From Snowella sp. (GTDB lineage Bacteria; Cyanobacteriota; Cyanobacteriia; Cyanobacteriales; Microcystaceae): 64,000 bases of DNA. Shown piece by piece: positions 19,947 to 30,515 of the stretch. Position 1 is the first letter of the stretch, and the number at the start of each line of letters is the position of its first letter. The position numbers and the translations under genes were made by a program. A model generated the notes under the pieces. The model was not told the DNA's origin, searched no databases, and was given only the letters and a program-made list of their open reading frames with translations. The DNA lies in contig JAYKGY010000128.1 in the NCBI GenBank assembly GCA_035285545.1, positions 1-64,000 of the forward strand, given 5' to 3'.

Positions 19947-21725
19947 ATGATTAAAAAATCGCAATTGTTTATGTTAAATTTCTCTGGGAAACGCTGCTTG
20001 GTGAGTATATTAATGCTCTTTACGCTAGCATTTTCTGTAATTGCCTGCGCTCCGCCGACCGATCCTAATCAAGTCGTTTTTTCCATTCTAAGTGACCCTA
20101 AAACCTTTAATGCGGTACTATCTCAAGAATCTCCCAATATTTTCGGCTATACCTATGAAGGATTGATTACCGAAAATCCCATTACGGGAAAAAAAGAACC
20201 TGCCCTCGCCGAATCCTGGGAAGTTGCTGAGGATAATAAACGCATTATTTTTACCCTAAGACCTAATTTGAAATGGTCAGATGGTCAACCCTTAACCGCA
20301 AAAGATGTGGTATTTAGCTATAACGAGCTTTACCTTAATCCTAAAATTCCTAACAATTATCGGGATAGTTTAAGAATTGGTCAAAGTGGAGCTTTTCCAA
20401 AAATTCGCCAATTAGATGATAGACGCATTGAATTTACCATTGCTGAACCTTTCGCGCCGTTTTTAGATAGTGCAGAAATTCCAATTTTACCGGAACATAT
20501 TTTACGAGAAACGATTGAGAAAAAAGATGATAAGGGCAATCCCATTTTCCTGAGTACCTGGGGAACCGATACACCGCCCCATAAATTAGTTGTCAATGGG
20601 CCCTATAAATTAAAAGATTATGTGACGAGCCAGCGCATTGTTTTTGAGAAAAATCCTTACTACTACAAAAAAGATGATGCCGGTAATACTTTACCCCATA
20701 TTCCTGAAGTGGTTTTAGCGATCGTTGAATCGACTGATACGTCTTTATTGCAATTTCGCTCTGGCGGATTAGATTCCATTGGGGTGAGTCCTGAATCATT
20801 TTCGTTATTAAAAAAGGAAGAAAAGCGGGGAAATTTTACTATCTATAATGGGGGGCCTGCTTACGGGACGACCTATTTAACGTTTAATCTCAATCAAGGA
20901 AAACGTCAGGGTAAACCCCTCGTAGATCCGATTAAATCCCAATGGTTTAATAATCTCAATTTTCGTCGAGCGATCGCCCATGCCATTGATCGCCAACGCA
21001 TGATTAATAACATTTATCGAGGATTAGGCGAACCTCAAAATTCTCCCGTTTCTGTTCAATCTCCTTTTTATAATCAAGCTATCAAAGGATATGATTATGA
21101 CCCTAAAAAAGCGAAGGAATTGCTATTAGCAGCAGGGTTTACTTATAACGATCAGGAGAAATTGTTGGATCCATCGGGTAACCCAGTTCGTTTTACCTTA
21201 AATACCAATGCAGGGAATAAAATCCGAGAAGCGTTAGGAACTCAAATTCAAGAAGATCTAGGTAAAATTGGCATTCAAGTTGATTTTAGTCCCATTGCCT
21301 TTAATGTTTTAGTTGATAAGTTAAGTAACAGCTTAGAATGGGATGCCATTATTCTAGGATTAACGGGCGGGAACGATCCCCATGCCCCCAATATCTGGTA
21401 TACCGACGGTAATTTACACATGTTTAACCAGAAACCACAACCCGGAAGTCAGCCAATTGAGGGTCGCGTCGTAGCAGACTGGGAACAACAAATCGCGGAT
21501 TTATACCTTAACGGATCACAAGAACTCGATCTGGAAAAACGCAAAGCAATTTATAAGGAATCTCAAGTCTTAACAGAAAGATATTTACCCTTTATTTATT
21601 TAGTCAATCCCTATGCCTTATCTGCCGTCAGAAATCGTTTTTGTGGCATTGAATTTTCGGCATTAGGTGGAGCTTTCTGGAATTTAGATGAACTCAAGAT
21701 TTGTGACCCGAAAACGAGTCAATAA
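19947..21725 (+). CDS. ABC transporter substrate-binding lipoprotein (family 5)
   Basis: Lipobox VIAC; SDPKTFN; KWSDGQPLTAKDV; NGPY. Confidence 0.9.
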   Translation: MIKKSQLFMLNFSGKRCLVSILMLFTLAFSVIACAPPTDPNQVVFSILSDPKTFNAVLSQESPNIFGYTYEGLITENPITGKKEPALAESWEVAEDNKRIIFTLRPNLKWSDGQPLTAKDVVFSYNELYLNPKIPNNYRDSLRIGQSGAFPKIRQLDDRRIEFTIAEPFAPFLDSAEIPILPEHILRETIEKKDDKGNPIFLSTWGTDTPPHKLVVNGPYKLKDYVTSQRIVFEKNPYYYKKDDAGNTLPHIPEVVLAIVESTDTSLLQFRSGGLDSIGVSPESFSLLKKEEKRGNFTIYNGGPAYGTTYLTFNLNQGKRQGKPLVDPIKSQWFNNLNFRRAIAHAIDRQRMINNIYRGLGEPQNSPVSVQSPFYNQAIKGYDYDPKKAKELLLAAGFTYNDQEKLLDPSGNPVRFTLNTNAGNKIREALGTQIQEDLGKIGIQVDFSPIAFNVLVDKLSNSLEWDAIILGLTGGNDPHAPNIWYTDGNLHMFNQKPQPGSQPIEGRVVADWEQQIADLYLNGSQELDLEKRKAIYKESQVLTERYLPFIYLVNPYALSAVRNRFCGIEFSALGGAFWNLDELKICDPKTSQ

Positions 21726-21735
21726 GCAGTCAGTT

Positions 21736-22620
21736 TTAAGGGTTTTCTTTCATCCAGTTTCGAGTTCCAAAGGATTGACAAGCTCGACTCGCAATTTTAG
21801 CAGCAGAGGTTAACCCCTCTATTAAATCATTTTCTCTCATCGAGGAATCTTTAATGTTTTCTAAAATAAAATGGCAAAATGCACCATGAAAAATATCGCC
21901 TGCCCCTAAAGTATCAACTGCTTTAATGTTAGGGATGTAAATTTCACCTTGCTCTGCCTGAGTATAATATTGAATCGGTTGATCGCCTTTTGTGATGGCA
22001 ATATACGGGATATTTTGAGCCACTAAATAATTTAACGTTTCTGTTGAATTACTACAATGAGGAGGAAAAAAATTAGCTGAACAAATCGCATAATCAACCC
22101 AGGGTAATAATTGCTCCAATCCGGGTTTCCAACTGCCGCCATCTAAGACAATGGGAATATTTTTCTTTTTGGCTTCTTCCGCGATCGCTGGGCTAATGGC
22201 CATTTGATGCCCGTCAATCAGAACAATATCAATATCCGTTAAAATATTAGGGGGAATTTGATCAATCTTAGCTTGGGATTTAGTCGCATTCAAAGAAATT
22301 ACGGCTCTTTCTCCTGTATTTTGGGTCACAATGACAGATGACACCGCAGGGGATTCTCTCCAATGGGGATCTAACTCAAGATGTCGAATCTGATGGGTTT
22401 CTAAGTCATGACGAATAACAGATGTTAAGGGATGATGCCCAATCATACTCAGTAAGGTTGCCCGATTACCTAAAAATTGAAACGTTATCGCTGCATTGGT
22501 TGCAGGGCCACCCGCCGCGATCTCGGTATCAAGAGCCACAATTTTTTCATTCTGTCTGGGGAACTGAGCCACTAAATATAAAAAATCTAAGGTTGTTAAC
22601 CCGACAAATAATCCATTCAT
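21736..22620 (-). CDS. PfkB family sugar kinase
   Basis: AGGPATNAA and DTLGAGDIFHGAF signatures. Confidence 0.9.
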   Translation of the reverse strand: MNGLFVGLTTLDFLYLVAQFPRQNEKIVALDTEIAAGGPATNAAITFQFLGNRATLLSMIGHHPLTSVIRHDLETHQIRHLELDPHWRESPAVSSVIVTQNTGERAVISLNATKSQAKIDQIPPNILTDIDIVLIDGHQMAISPAIAEEAKKKNIPIVLDGGSWKPGLEQLLPWVDYAICSANFFPPHCSNSTETLNYLVAQNIPYIAITKGDQPIQYYTQAEQGEIYIPNIKAVDTLGAGDIFHGAFCHFILENIKDSSMRENDLIEGLTSAAKIASRACQSFGTRNWMKENP

Positions 22621-22648
22621 TATTAATCAATAAATTTATAAAACAATC

Positions 22649-23494
22649 ATGAAAGTAGGAACATTATATCTAGTTGGCACACCGATTGGAAATCTAGAAG
22701 ACATGACCTTTAGAGCAATTGAAACGCTCAAAAAAGTTGATTTAATTGCCGCAGAAGATACCCGCCATACCGGAAAATTATTACAATATTTTAAAATTGA
22801 AACCCCCCAAATTAGCTATCACGATCATAACCATCAATCGCGCTTACAAACGTTATTAAACTATCTTAATCAGGGGCAAAATTTAGCCTTGGTCACCGAT
22901 GCCGGAATGCCAGGCATTTCCGATCCAGGCTACGAACTGGTTCAAGCTTGTTTAGCCGAAGAAATAGCGGTTATTCCTATTCCAGGGGTGACTGCTTTAA
23001 TTACTGCCCTCGTTGCCTCTGGTTTACCGACGGATCGGTTCATTTTTGAGGGATTTCTACCAACAAAGAGTAAAGAACGGCAAGCTCGTTTACAAGCTTT
23101 ACAAACTGAACCCCGTACAATTCTTTTTTATGAAGCTCCCCATCGTTTATTAGAAACCATTACAGATTTATCCCACGTTTTCGGCCCAGAGCGATCGCTA
23201 GTTACAGCTAGAGAATTAACCAAATTGCATGAAGAATTTTGGTACGGGACGTTAGGAAAAGCCATTGAACATTACACCCAAGTTTCCCCTAAAGGTGAAT
23301 TTACCCTAGTCGTCGGCGGACAAATTAACGGCGATCGCGTCATCCCTTCAGATAACACCCTAAAAACCGAACTTGAGCAATTACTAGAACAAGGTATGAG
23401 CCGTTCCCAAGCCAGCCGCCATCTAGCAGAACTCACCCAAGTTCCCCGCCGTCATCTCTATCAGTTAGCCTTAAATTTAGGTGAAACTGATTAA
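22649..23494 (+). CDS. rsmI: 16S rRNA (cytidine1402-2'-O)-methyltransferase
   Basis: GTPIGNLEDMT, AEDTR, DAGMPGISDPG, RELTKLHEE. Confidence 0.96.
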   Translation: MKVGTLYLVGTPIGNLEDMTFRAIETLKKVDLIAAEDTRHTGKLLQYFKIETPQISYHDHNHQSRLQTLLNYLNQGQNLALVTDAGMPGISDPGYELVQACLAEEIAVIPIPGVTALITALVASGLPTDRFIFEGFLPTKSKERQARLQALQTEPRTILFYEAPHRLLETITDLSHVFGPERSLVTARELTKLHEEFWYGTLGKAIEHYTQVSPKGEFTLVVGGQINGDRVIPSDNTLKTELEQLLEQGMSRSQASRHLAELTQVPRRHLYQLALNLGETD

Positions 23495-23564
23495 CCTCTT
23501 TCTAGTTAAACTACTACTATGAGTTTTAAAATGTAATTATCTAAGTCAGTAAGGAGAATCACTA

Positions 23565-23801
23565 ATGACAGAGACTTCAGATAAAAAAATTATGGAGCTT
23601 TTGGAAAAACTTTCTGAGTCTTCACAAAAGAAGGCTTTAAAATATATAGAACATTTAGCAGCTAATCAAAAAGAAATTAAAGACGAGACATTAGAAGATA
23701 AAGCTATAAGAAGGCAAAAAGGTTTCGGAAGTTGGAAAGGTAAAATCCATATTACGGATGAATTTGATGCACCTCTTGAAGACTTCAAAGGTTATCTTTA
23801 A
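23565..23801 (+). CDS. DUF2281-like antitoxin
   Basis: C-terminal FGSWKGKIHITDEFDAPLEDF; stop overlaps the VapC start. Confidence 0.8.
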   Translation: MTETSDKKIMELLEKLSESSQKKALKYIEHLAANQKEIKDETLEDKAIRRQKGFGSWKGKIHITDEFDAPLEDFKGYL

Positions 23802-24184
23802 TGGATTATCTGTTAGATACTCATATTATTCTTTGGTACTTACAAGGAGATATAAGGCTAACTCCCATAATTGAAAATTTAGAAAATCAACTTTATGTTA
23901 GCATGGCTAGCTTATGGGAAATCTCAATTAAAGTTGGACTTGGAAAACTATCTCTTGACAACGATTTAAGCCAATTAAAACCAAGTTTAATAGAAAATGA
24001 TTTTAAAATTATTTATATTTCTTTTTCTGATGTCATTGCTTATAAAAGTTTACCTTTAATTAATAATCATAGAGATCCATTTGATCGAATGTTGATTTCA
24101 CAGGCAATTAATCGCTCATTAATTTTAATAAGTCATGATACACAGTTTTGTCACTACTCAGGCTTAGAGTTATCAACTTTGTAA
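23801..24184 (+). CDS. vapC: VapC/PIN toxin
   Basis: LLDTH, SLWEISIK, HRDPFDRMLISQA, SHD. Confidence 0.9.
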   Translation: MDYLLDTHIILWYLQGDIRLTPIIENLENQLYVSMASLWEISIKVGLGKLSLDNDLSQLKPSLIENDFKIIYISFSDVIAYKSLPLINNHRDPFDRMLISQAINRSLILISHDTQFCHYSGLELSTL

Positions 24185-24265
24185 AGAAACAATTTTGAAT
24201 TATTTTTAATCAGGGATTTTTATAAAAAATAAAAAATCATTTAAATTTTAAAGAGAGAATCAACA

Positions 24266-24955
24266 ATGGTTGCTCAAGTAACGACAATTAATTACCCCGA
24301 CAGTGATGGTAAGCCGATGTCTGATAATACCAAACAATTTCGCTGGATTCAGATCATCGAACAAAATCTGGAATGGCTATACGCCGATGATTCTCAGGTT
24401 TTTATTGCGGGGGATTTGCTTTGGTATCCCGTTGAAGGTCGTCCTCAAATTGTTACGGCTCCTGATGTTTTAGTCGTTTTTGGTAGACCCAAAGGCGATC
24501 GCGGTTCCTATAAACAATGGGAAGAAGACAATATCGCGCCTCAAGTGGTATTTGAAATTTTATCTCCTTCTAATAGCAAAGTCGAAATGGACAAAAAACT
24601 CTTATTCTATGATCGCTACGGCGTAATGGAATATTACATCTACGATCCTGATCGCAATCAACTAGAAGGATGGATACGGGGAGACAACGGGACGCTAGAG
24701 AATATCGGAGAAATGAACAATTGGAACAGTCCGCGATTGGGTATTCGATTTGAAGAGTCAGAGGAAGAATTAAAACTCTATCGACCCGATGGAACGCCTT
24801 TTCATTCCTATAGCGAAGTTAATAACTTGTTATTGGAAGAACGCCAACGAGCCGAAGTAGAAAGACAACGGGCGGAAGCTGAAAAACAACGAGCCGAAGA
24901 AATGGAAGCTTTATTAGTGAAATATCGCGCTCAATTTGGCGATCTCAATCCCTAA
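24266..24955 (+). CDS. Uma2 family (PD-(D/E)xK) endonuclease-like protein
   Basis: YPDSDGKPM, APDV, VVFEILSPSN, YGVMEYYIYDP; C-terminal ERQRAE coiled-coil repeats. Confidence 0.9.
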   Translation: MVAQVTTINYPDSDGKPMSDNTKQFRWIQIIEQNLEWLYADDSQVFIAGDLLWYPVEGRPQIVTAPDVLVVFGRPKGDRGSYKQWEEDNIAPQVVFEILSPSNSKVEMDKKLLFYDRYGVMEYYIYDPDRNQLEGWIRGDNGTLENIGEMNNWNSPRLGIRFEESEEELKLYRPDGTPFHSYSEVNNLLLEERQRAEVERQRAEAEKQRAEEMEALLVKYRAQFGDLNP

Positions 24956-24962
24956 CGGTTGT

Positions 24963-25748
24963 CTATTTCGGCGATCGCTTCTGGTTTAAACGCTGGGCCG
25001 TGCGTAAAATTTGGCCCGCTAACATCGCTGCCCCAAATCCATTATCAATATTGACGACTCCCACCCCTGCTGCACAGGAATTTAACATCGTTAACAAAGG
25101 AGCTACTCCCCCAAAACTCGCCCCATAGCCCACACTCGTCGGCACTCCGATCACCGGACAATCGGCTAAACCTGCTACTACACTAGGTAAGGCTCCTTCC
25201 ATTCCTGCCACCACAATTAAAACATCGGCTTCGGTAATGACCTGTCGGTTATTTAATAATCGATGAATACCGGCAACGCCCACATCCCATAATCGCTTCA
25301 CTGAAAAACCACAGAGGGTTGCGGTAATAGCGGCTTCTTCGGCAACGGGTAAGTCTGCGGTGCCTGCGGTGAGAATACTAATGGTTCCGGGGAATTTAAC
25401 GGTTAATTCTTCTTGAATCAGGGCACAGATACGAGCGACCGGATAATAGGCAAGGTGGGGAACCTGTTCGGCGAGTTGTTCCGCCACATTCGGTTCAATG
25501 CGGGTTGCCATAACAATAGGATTCGTTTGGCTCATGGCGAGGATAATCTGAGCAATTTGCTCGGTGGTTTTTCCTGGCCCCCAAATAACCTCTGGAAAGC
25601 CGGTTCTTAGGTGTCGATGATGATCAATTTTGGCAAAGTCATCTAGGGGTTGAAAACTCAAATGTTTAAGTTGATCGAGGGCAGAATGGGGGCTGAGATT
25701 GCCTTGGGCAACGGAATCTAATAATTGCTGGAGAGCGTTAGGAGTCAT
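24963..25748 (-). CDS. larB: LarB/CpmA-like (AIR carboxylase family) protein
   Basis: TAGTADLPVAEEA, DVGVAGIHRL, AGMEGALPSV, PTSVGYG, NIDNGFGAA. Confidence 0.9.
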   Translation of the reverse strand: MTPNALQQLLDSVAQGNLSPHSALDQLKHLSFQPLDDFAKIDHHRHLRTGFPEVIWGPGKTTEQIAQIILAMSQTNPIVMATRIEPNVAEQLAEQVPHLAYYPVARICALIQEELTVKFPGTISILTAGTADLPVAEEAAITATLCGFSVKRLWDVGVAGIHRLLNNRQVITEADVLIVVAGMEGALPSVVAGLADCPVIGVPTSVGYGASFGGVAPLLTMLNSCAAGVGVVNIDNGFGAAMLAGQILRTAQRLNQKRSPK

Positions 25749-25751
25749 TGA

Positions 25752-26813
25752 TTAAGGATCGGAAATCAAGAGAGAACGGACGCGGTTGAGTGGCCAATAA
25801 ATTTTGTAAGCTTTTCCAAAGATATAGTTTTTCGGTAAAAATCCCCAAACGTGGGAATCAAAACTATCATTGCGATTATCTCCCAAAACAAAATATTGAT
25901 TTGGCGGTACTAAGCGGGGATCTAGTTCATAATCGGGATTAGCAGCTAAATAGTCTTCCACGAGGGGTTGATCGTTGATATAAACCAGCCCTCCCTGGAT
26001 ACGAACCGTTTCTCCGGGTAAGCCAATAATGCGTTTGGTGTAATATTCTGCGGGTTTGGGATCAAGTTGTTTTAATTTTTCGGGTGGACGGAAAACAATA
26101 ATATCTTGCCGTTGGGGTTGGTATTGGGGGTTATCACTCACAAAAAGCCGATCGCCGACTTCGAGGGTGGGAACCATTGAAGGGGTAGGGATAACAAAAA
26201 GCGTGAGTTGCCGATCAAGCCAAGTGGGAATAGCGTTAGCAAGTAAACCCAGGCAAAAAATCAGTCCCGCCAGGATACTAATCAAAGTACGCTTGGTGGT
26301 TCGGGAAAAACTGACATAGGCATGATAAGCAGCGATCGCCGTAATTAAGGGCGTGAGAATTAACAGCGGCCAATAAAAGACCTGTAACCGCCAAGAAACA
26401 ATGGCAGCCGTAAATAACAGTAAGCCTAAAACCGATTGATTTAAGTAAAAATGGCCTAATCCGGGTATAACCCTAGAAACAGCCACCGCAAACCAAGGAT
26501 TTTTTCGAGAACGGGGAATTTTTTCTTGGTAAATCTCTGGAGCTTGATGATAAACCAAGAGCAGTGCATCCATGATCGTAAAAATATAAATCCCAATCGC
26601 GATCGCGAGAAAGATTAAACCCGTCGCAATATCCCCCGTTGGACTCAGAATTGACCAAACCCCTGTTCCCAGAAATAAGGCTTGCACCAAAATGAGAACT
26701 AAGCCCCGATAAAGTTTTCCCCCGTAAAGTTGCCCCAATCCAGGAAAAAACATGGATAGATTCACCGCTAACCAAGGATCTTTGAGCAATTGGCCAATCT
26801 GAGGTTGTTTCAT
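25752..26813 (-). CDS. lepB: Signal peptidase I with extended multi-TM N-terminus
   Basis: PSMVPTL (Ser), TKRIIGLPGE (Lys), GDNRNDSFDSH. Confidence 0.88.
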   Translation of the reverse strand: MKQPQIGQLLKDPWLAVNLSMFFPGLGQLYGGKLYRGLVLILVQALFLGTGVWSILSPTGDIATGLIFLAIAIGIYIFTIMDALLLVYHQAPEIYQEKIPRSRKNPWFAVAVSRVIPGLGHFYLNQSVLGLLLFTAAIVSWRLQVFYWPLLILTPLITAIAAYHAYVSFSRTTKRTLISILAGLIFCLGLLANAIPTWLDRQLTLFVIPTPSMVPTLEVGDRLFVSDNPQYQPQRQDIIVFRPPEKLKQLDPKPAEYYTKRIIGLPGETVRIQGGLVYINDQPLVEDYLAANPDYELDPRLVPPNQYFVLGDNRNDSFDSHVWGFLPKNYIFGKAYKIYWPLNRVRSLLISDP

Positions 26814-26834
26814 TAGAACTTAACCGGAAATATT

Positions 26835-28154
26835 TCAATCAAGAAAGATTAAATCATCTAATTCACTATAATCTGGCAACGTTGTATCAATGGGTTTTCC
26901 ATGACGAATAACGACGCGATCGCGTTGGGCGCGGGCAAACAATTCACTAAAATAACGCGCCTTAAAAATAATCAAATCTGCCGTTAAACCCGTTTTTATC
27001 CTACCTAAATGGGGAAGATTCATTAAATCGGCGGGGGTTTGGGTGACACTGGTACACCAGTCTGCATAGGGCGTATCTAAATGACCAATTCTAATCGATT
27101 GATTTAACACCTCTAAGCCATCATGATCGCCAAACCCAAAGAAGGGATCACGACAATTATCGCTGGCAAAGGTAACGGGAATACCAGCATTTTTGAGTTC
27201 ATGGACTCTGGTAATGCCTCGCCAAAGGGGTGTTTTCTCTGGCTGTCGATCCTGTAAAAATAGATTACACATCGGTAGGCTAACCACACCAATATTGGAT
27301 TGTTGAAGGAGCGCGATCGTTTGATTAACGGTTTCCAAGGATTGCACTGCTAAACTACAACAATGACCGCATAAAATTGAGCCTGTAAATTCATTTCTGA
27401 GGGCTGCTTCAGCGACTTGATGTAAACAATTAGACTCAGGATCGTTATTTTCGTCAACATGGAAATCTAGATTTAATTGCCGCTCTTTTGCCAGTTGAAA
27501 TACCCTATCTAATTGACTGGCTAAATCTGGATTTGTATAAGCCACTCCGCCTAAAAGGGTTCCTAATTCTGCCATTTTATCCGCTAGTTTAATTCCCTCT
27601 GGGATTTGGTAATAATCTAGGCTAACTAAGCAAACGGCTTGTAAATTAATTCGATCTTGCCATTCTTTTTGTAAAGTCTGAAAAACGTCAAAACCAATTT
27701 CACCCTGCTTACCAAAAGCATCAATATGGGTTCGTAATGCCGTCGTTCCATGGGCATAACTACACCTTAAACCAAACTCCATACGACGATAAACATCATC
27801 CGCTTGATAATAGGTTTTTGCATCGTTAAAAATGATTGATAAGGCATTATCAAAGGTTCCGTCTAAATTCGGCGATCGCTCCCAAACATGACCCTTATCT
27901 AAGTGGGTATGAATATCAATAAAACCGGGAAAGATAATTTGCTTTTTGAGATCGACAAAAGGAACGTGGGAACTAAAATCAGGATGATGGGGAATAACCT
28001 GTTTAACTTTTCCAAAATAAATTTCTACATCAACATTAATTAAACCTTCCCTCGTTTGACCCACATTGGCAAATAAATTCTTCTCTAATAAACAAGCAGG
28101 AACATGAGCATTTTTAAGCCAGTAATGATCGGAGTAAAGCTCTGGAAAAAACAT
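26835..28154 (-). CDS. codA: Cytosine deaminase
   Basis: DIHTHLDK, DFHVDE, GHCCSL, SDNCRDPF amidohydrolase motifs. Confidence 0.9.
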   Translation of the reverse strand: MFFPELYSDHYWLKNAHVPACLLEKNLFANVGQTREGLINVDVEIYFGKVKQVIPHHPDFSSHVPFVDLKKQIIFPGFIDIHTHLDKGHVWERSPNLDGTFDNALSIIFNDAKTYYQADDVYRRMEFGLRCSYAHGTTALRTHIDAFGKQGEIGFDVFQTLQKEWQDRINLQAVCLVSLDYYQIPEGIKLADKMAELGTLLGGVAYTNPDLASQLDRVFQLAKERQLNLDFHVDENNDPESNCLHQVAEAALRNEFTGSILCGHCCSLAVQSLETVNQTIALLQQSNIGVVSLPMCNLFLQDRQPEKTPLWRGITRVHELKNAGIPVTFASDNCRDPFFGFGDHDGLEVLNQSIRIGHLDTPYADWCTSVTQTPADLMNLPHLGRIKTGLTADLIIFKARYFSELFARAQRDRVVIRHGKPIDTTLPDYSELDDLIFLD

Positions 28155-28162
28155 TTTTAAGT

Positions 28163-28202
28163 TAGTTAATAGTTAATAGTTAATAGTTAATAGTTAATAG
28201 TT
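28163..28202. repeat. Heptamer tandem repeat (TAGTTAA)5 plus partial copy, STRR-like
   Basis: Five exact copies 28163-28197 then TAGTT, just upstream of the codA start. Confidence 0.9.
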
Positions 28203-28279
28203 TGAAGATTTATTGCTTATCGGTCGTCAAAAATAACCTATTTTCTTTTTTATAACATTTGTTACTCAATTATTAACTG

Positions 28280-28780
28280 TTACTTATTAATTGTTAATTG
28301 TTTAATCAGTTGTTCCAAAATGGTTAGGGCAGGCGCGATCGCGGCTTGTGTTATTTCAGAAAAAGTTTCGCCAAATTCAAAATTTTGAGTCGGCACCGTT
28401 ACCCACCAGGCCATAGGGGATTGTTCGTACAGATCATGACAAAGTTTGAGTAACGCCTCTGGATTACTGCTATGCCCTAAAGCGGGTTTTACTGCCGAAT
28501 AACTTAGAGATTCAACAATAATTTCTGGGATTGGAGGTTCGGTTGAGGCTTCTTCATCGGTGATAACGGGTTCAGTGTGGGCGATCGCGTCAATAAAAAT
28601 CACCGCCTGAACCTGGGCCATTTCTGCCGCTAACTCCGGTGTTAATTGATGAACCGACAGAACTTTTACGCCTGAAAATTGACGTTCTGCCATTCTTTCA
28701 GCTAAATAACGTCCCACCCCATCGTCACTGCGGAGGCTATTCCCGTAACCAATGATTAGAACAGAGTCTTGTGGCATCAA
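28280..28780 (-). CDS. hoxW: Hydrogenase maturation protease
   Basis: IGYGNSLRSDDGVG, HQLTPEL (HoxW-type), FIDA. Confidence 0.88.
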   Translation of the reverse strand: MMPQDSVLIIGYGNSLRSDDGVGRYLAERMAERQFSGVKVLSVHQLTPELAAEMAQVQAVIFIDAIAHTEPVITDEEASTEPPIPEIIVESLSYSAVKPALGHSSNPEALLKLCHDLYEQSPMAWWVTVPTQNFEFGETFSEITQAAIAPALTILEQLIKQLTINK

Positions 28781-28974
28781 AATTTGAAGTATTCGCTAGT
28801 TCACAAAAATTAAAACTTATCGCCCATTTTTCGCACTCCATTCAACAACATAACTAGCCCACTGAGTAAAATCAGTAGAGCTAACCCCCCTAAAACCCAA
28901 TCCAAAGAACTATTTGCATCCATTCGGGCCAATCTCAACTTAATAATTACTAATTATCAATTTAATTTCTTCGC

Positions 28975-29487
28975 CTATGGCGTAGGAGCAGCGGCAGCAG
29001 GAGACTCACCGAGCATTTGTTGAACCCGTTGTTGAAGGGTAGGATCTTGTTGAATAATCCGTTGAATTTGGGCAAATCGTTGTACTTCCAAGCCTTGAGC
29101 GGTAATCGCTTTTTCTTTTTTAGGAATGGCTTCTTGCTCAATTTCCTGGAATTTAGCCATAATTTTTTCAAATTTTGCTTTATCATCCGCTGAAATTTCA
29201 CTGGTAGAGGCGTTCGGCTCTTGCAGTTGTTTCAAGATTTCCATAAACCGTTCTGGAGCCATTTTTTCAGCTTTGATAACACCAAGCATTTTTCTTTGGG
29301 ATTCTAGGTCAATAGACTTCCATCGTTTGAGGACTTGCACAAACTGCTGTAATTCCAATGCAGGAACAGTCCCTACTGAAGCCGTTTGGGTCAAGGTTTG
29401 GGCTGCTGATTGGGCCTGGCTCGGAGACGCGATCGCGACGGATAAAAAAGAAAGACTCAGTAATCCGCAGAAAAAGGGTTTAAGCAT
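28975..29487 (-). CDS. DUF4168-like secreted helical protein
   Basis: Signal peptide; repeated GL..ERF/QRF..I...Q.DP.LQ motif. Confidence 0.75.
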   Translation of the reverse strand: MLKPFFCGLLSLSFLSVAIASPSQAQSAAQTLTQTASVGTVPALELQQFVQVLKRWKSIDLESQRKMLGVIKAEKMAPERFMEILKQLQEPNASTSEISADDKAKFEKIMAKFQEIEQEAIPKKEKAITAQGLEVQRFAQIQRIIQQDPTLQQRVQQMLGESPAAAAPTP

Positions 29488-29731
29488 GGTTTTTTCCTAA
29501 AAACTTCAGATCAACTCAAGCTGTTTTCATCCATGATTAGCTTAAGCTTAATAGAACAATTCAATCGACTATCCTAAGTTGGATTTCCTGATCCTAATCC
29601 GATTGCGCTACTGATTTGGCGAGAAGCTAACCAGCCTGCCAGTTGTCACAAAGAGAGCGGATTTATTTGACCCGTTAGACTTATTCAACTTCAACTGAAT
29701 TGTTTATTCTATCTTCAGAAAAAGACCGAAT

Positions 29732-30268
29732 TCATGAAACTTTAGTTTCTAATAATTTGAGATATTCCGTATTCACCCCCGATTCCCGCACCAGCGCAAT
29801 TTTTCCCGTTCGTGAAATTTCCCGCACCCCAAAGCGATTGAGCATTTGAATAATGGCAACCATTTTTCCTGGATCACCGACGACTTCAACGGTCACCGTT
29901 TCTTCAGAAATATCCACAATCCGCGCACGGAAAACCTGTACCAGTTCGATCACTTCAGCCCGATTAGAAGCCGAGGCATTCACTTTTACTAACATCAATT
30001 CCCTTTCTACACAGGGAACTTGGGTAATATCCTGGACTTTGAGAACATTGATCAGCTTGTAGAGTTGTTTGGTCAATTGTTCAATGGTGTTGTCATCCCC
30101 AGGCACGACCATCGTAATCCGAGAAACGCCCGATTGTTCGGCTGGCCCAACGGCTAAACTTTCGATATTGTAACCACGACGGGCAAACAAACCCGCAATT
30201 CGCGTTAAAACGCCCGCTTCATCTTCGACTAAAACAGAAAGTGTATGTTTCATGGTTCGTTGATACAA
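29732..30268 (-). CDS. ilvN: Acetolactate synthase small (regulatory) subunit
   Basis: [36 protein letters not shown] domain; RELMLVKV. Confidence 0.96.
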   Translation of the reverse strand: MYQRTMKHTLSVLVEDEAGVLTRIAGLFARRGYNIESLAVGPAEQSGVSRITMVVPGDDNTIEQLTKQLYKLINVLKVQDITQVPCVERELMLVKVNASASNRAEVIELVQVFRARIVDISEETVTVEVVGDPGKMVAIIQMLNRFGVREISRTGKIALVRESGVNTEYLKLLETKVS

Positions 30269-30515
30269 AAGTTAAAGACAAAACGAGTCACTGTCGCTCA
30301 AATGCTTGGAGTCTTTAGCCTCGCTGTATCTTGAGGCTGATTTGTCTCGATAGTCCAACTAACAATCTTATCACGAATTTAGTCCTGCTTTTTTTGGCTT
30401 GCTTGCTTATTTTGCTGATCGAATTGGTATATTATAGGGAAAAATTCTTGCGATCGCGCTATTTGGGAGTGTTACACGGAAAGATTCTGAATAAGATTCT
30501 TATTTGGGGTAATAT

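Noticed and set aside
24836..24900. Repeated CAACG(A/G)GC(C/G)GAAG units as a possible CRISPR-like array
   Set aside because: 21-bp coding repeats for the ERQRAE coiled coil typical of Uma2 tails; no unique spacers and no cas genes
28252..28265. Possible NtcA site upstream of codA (GTA-N8-TAT on the minus strand)
   Set aside because: One mismatch and no -10 element at the expected 21-23 nt spacing
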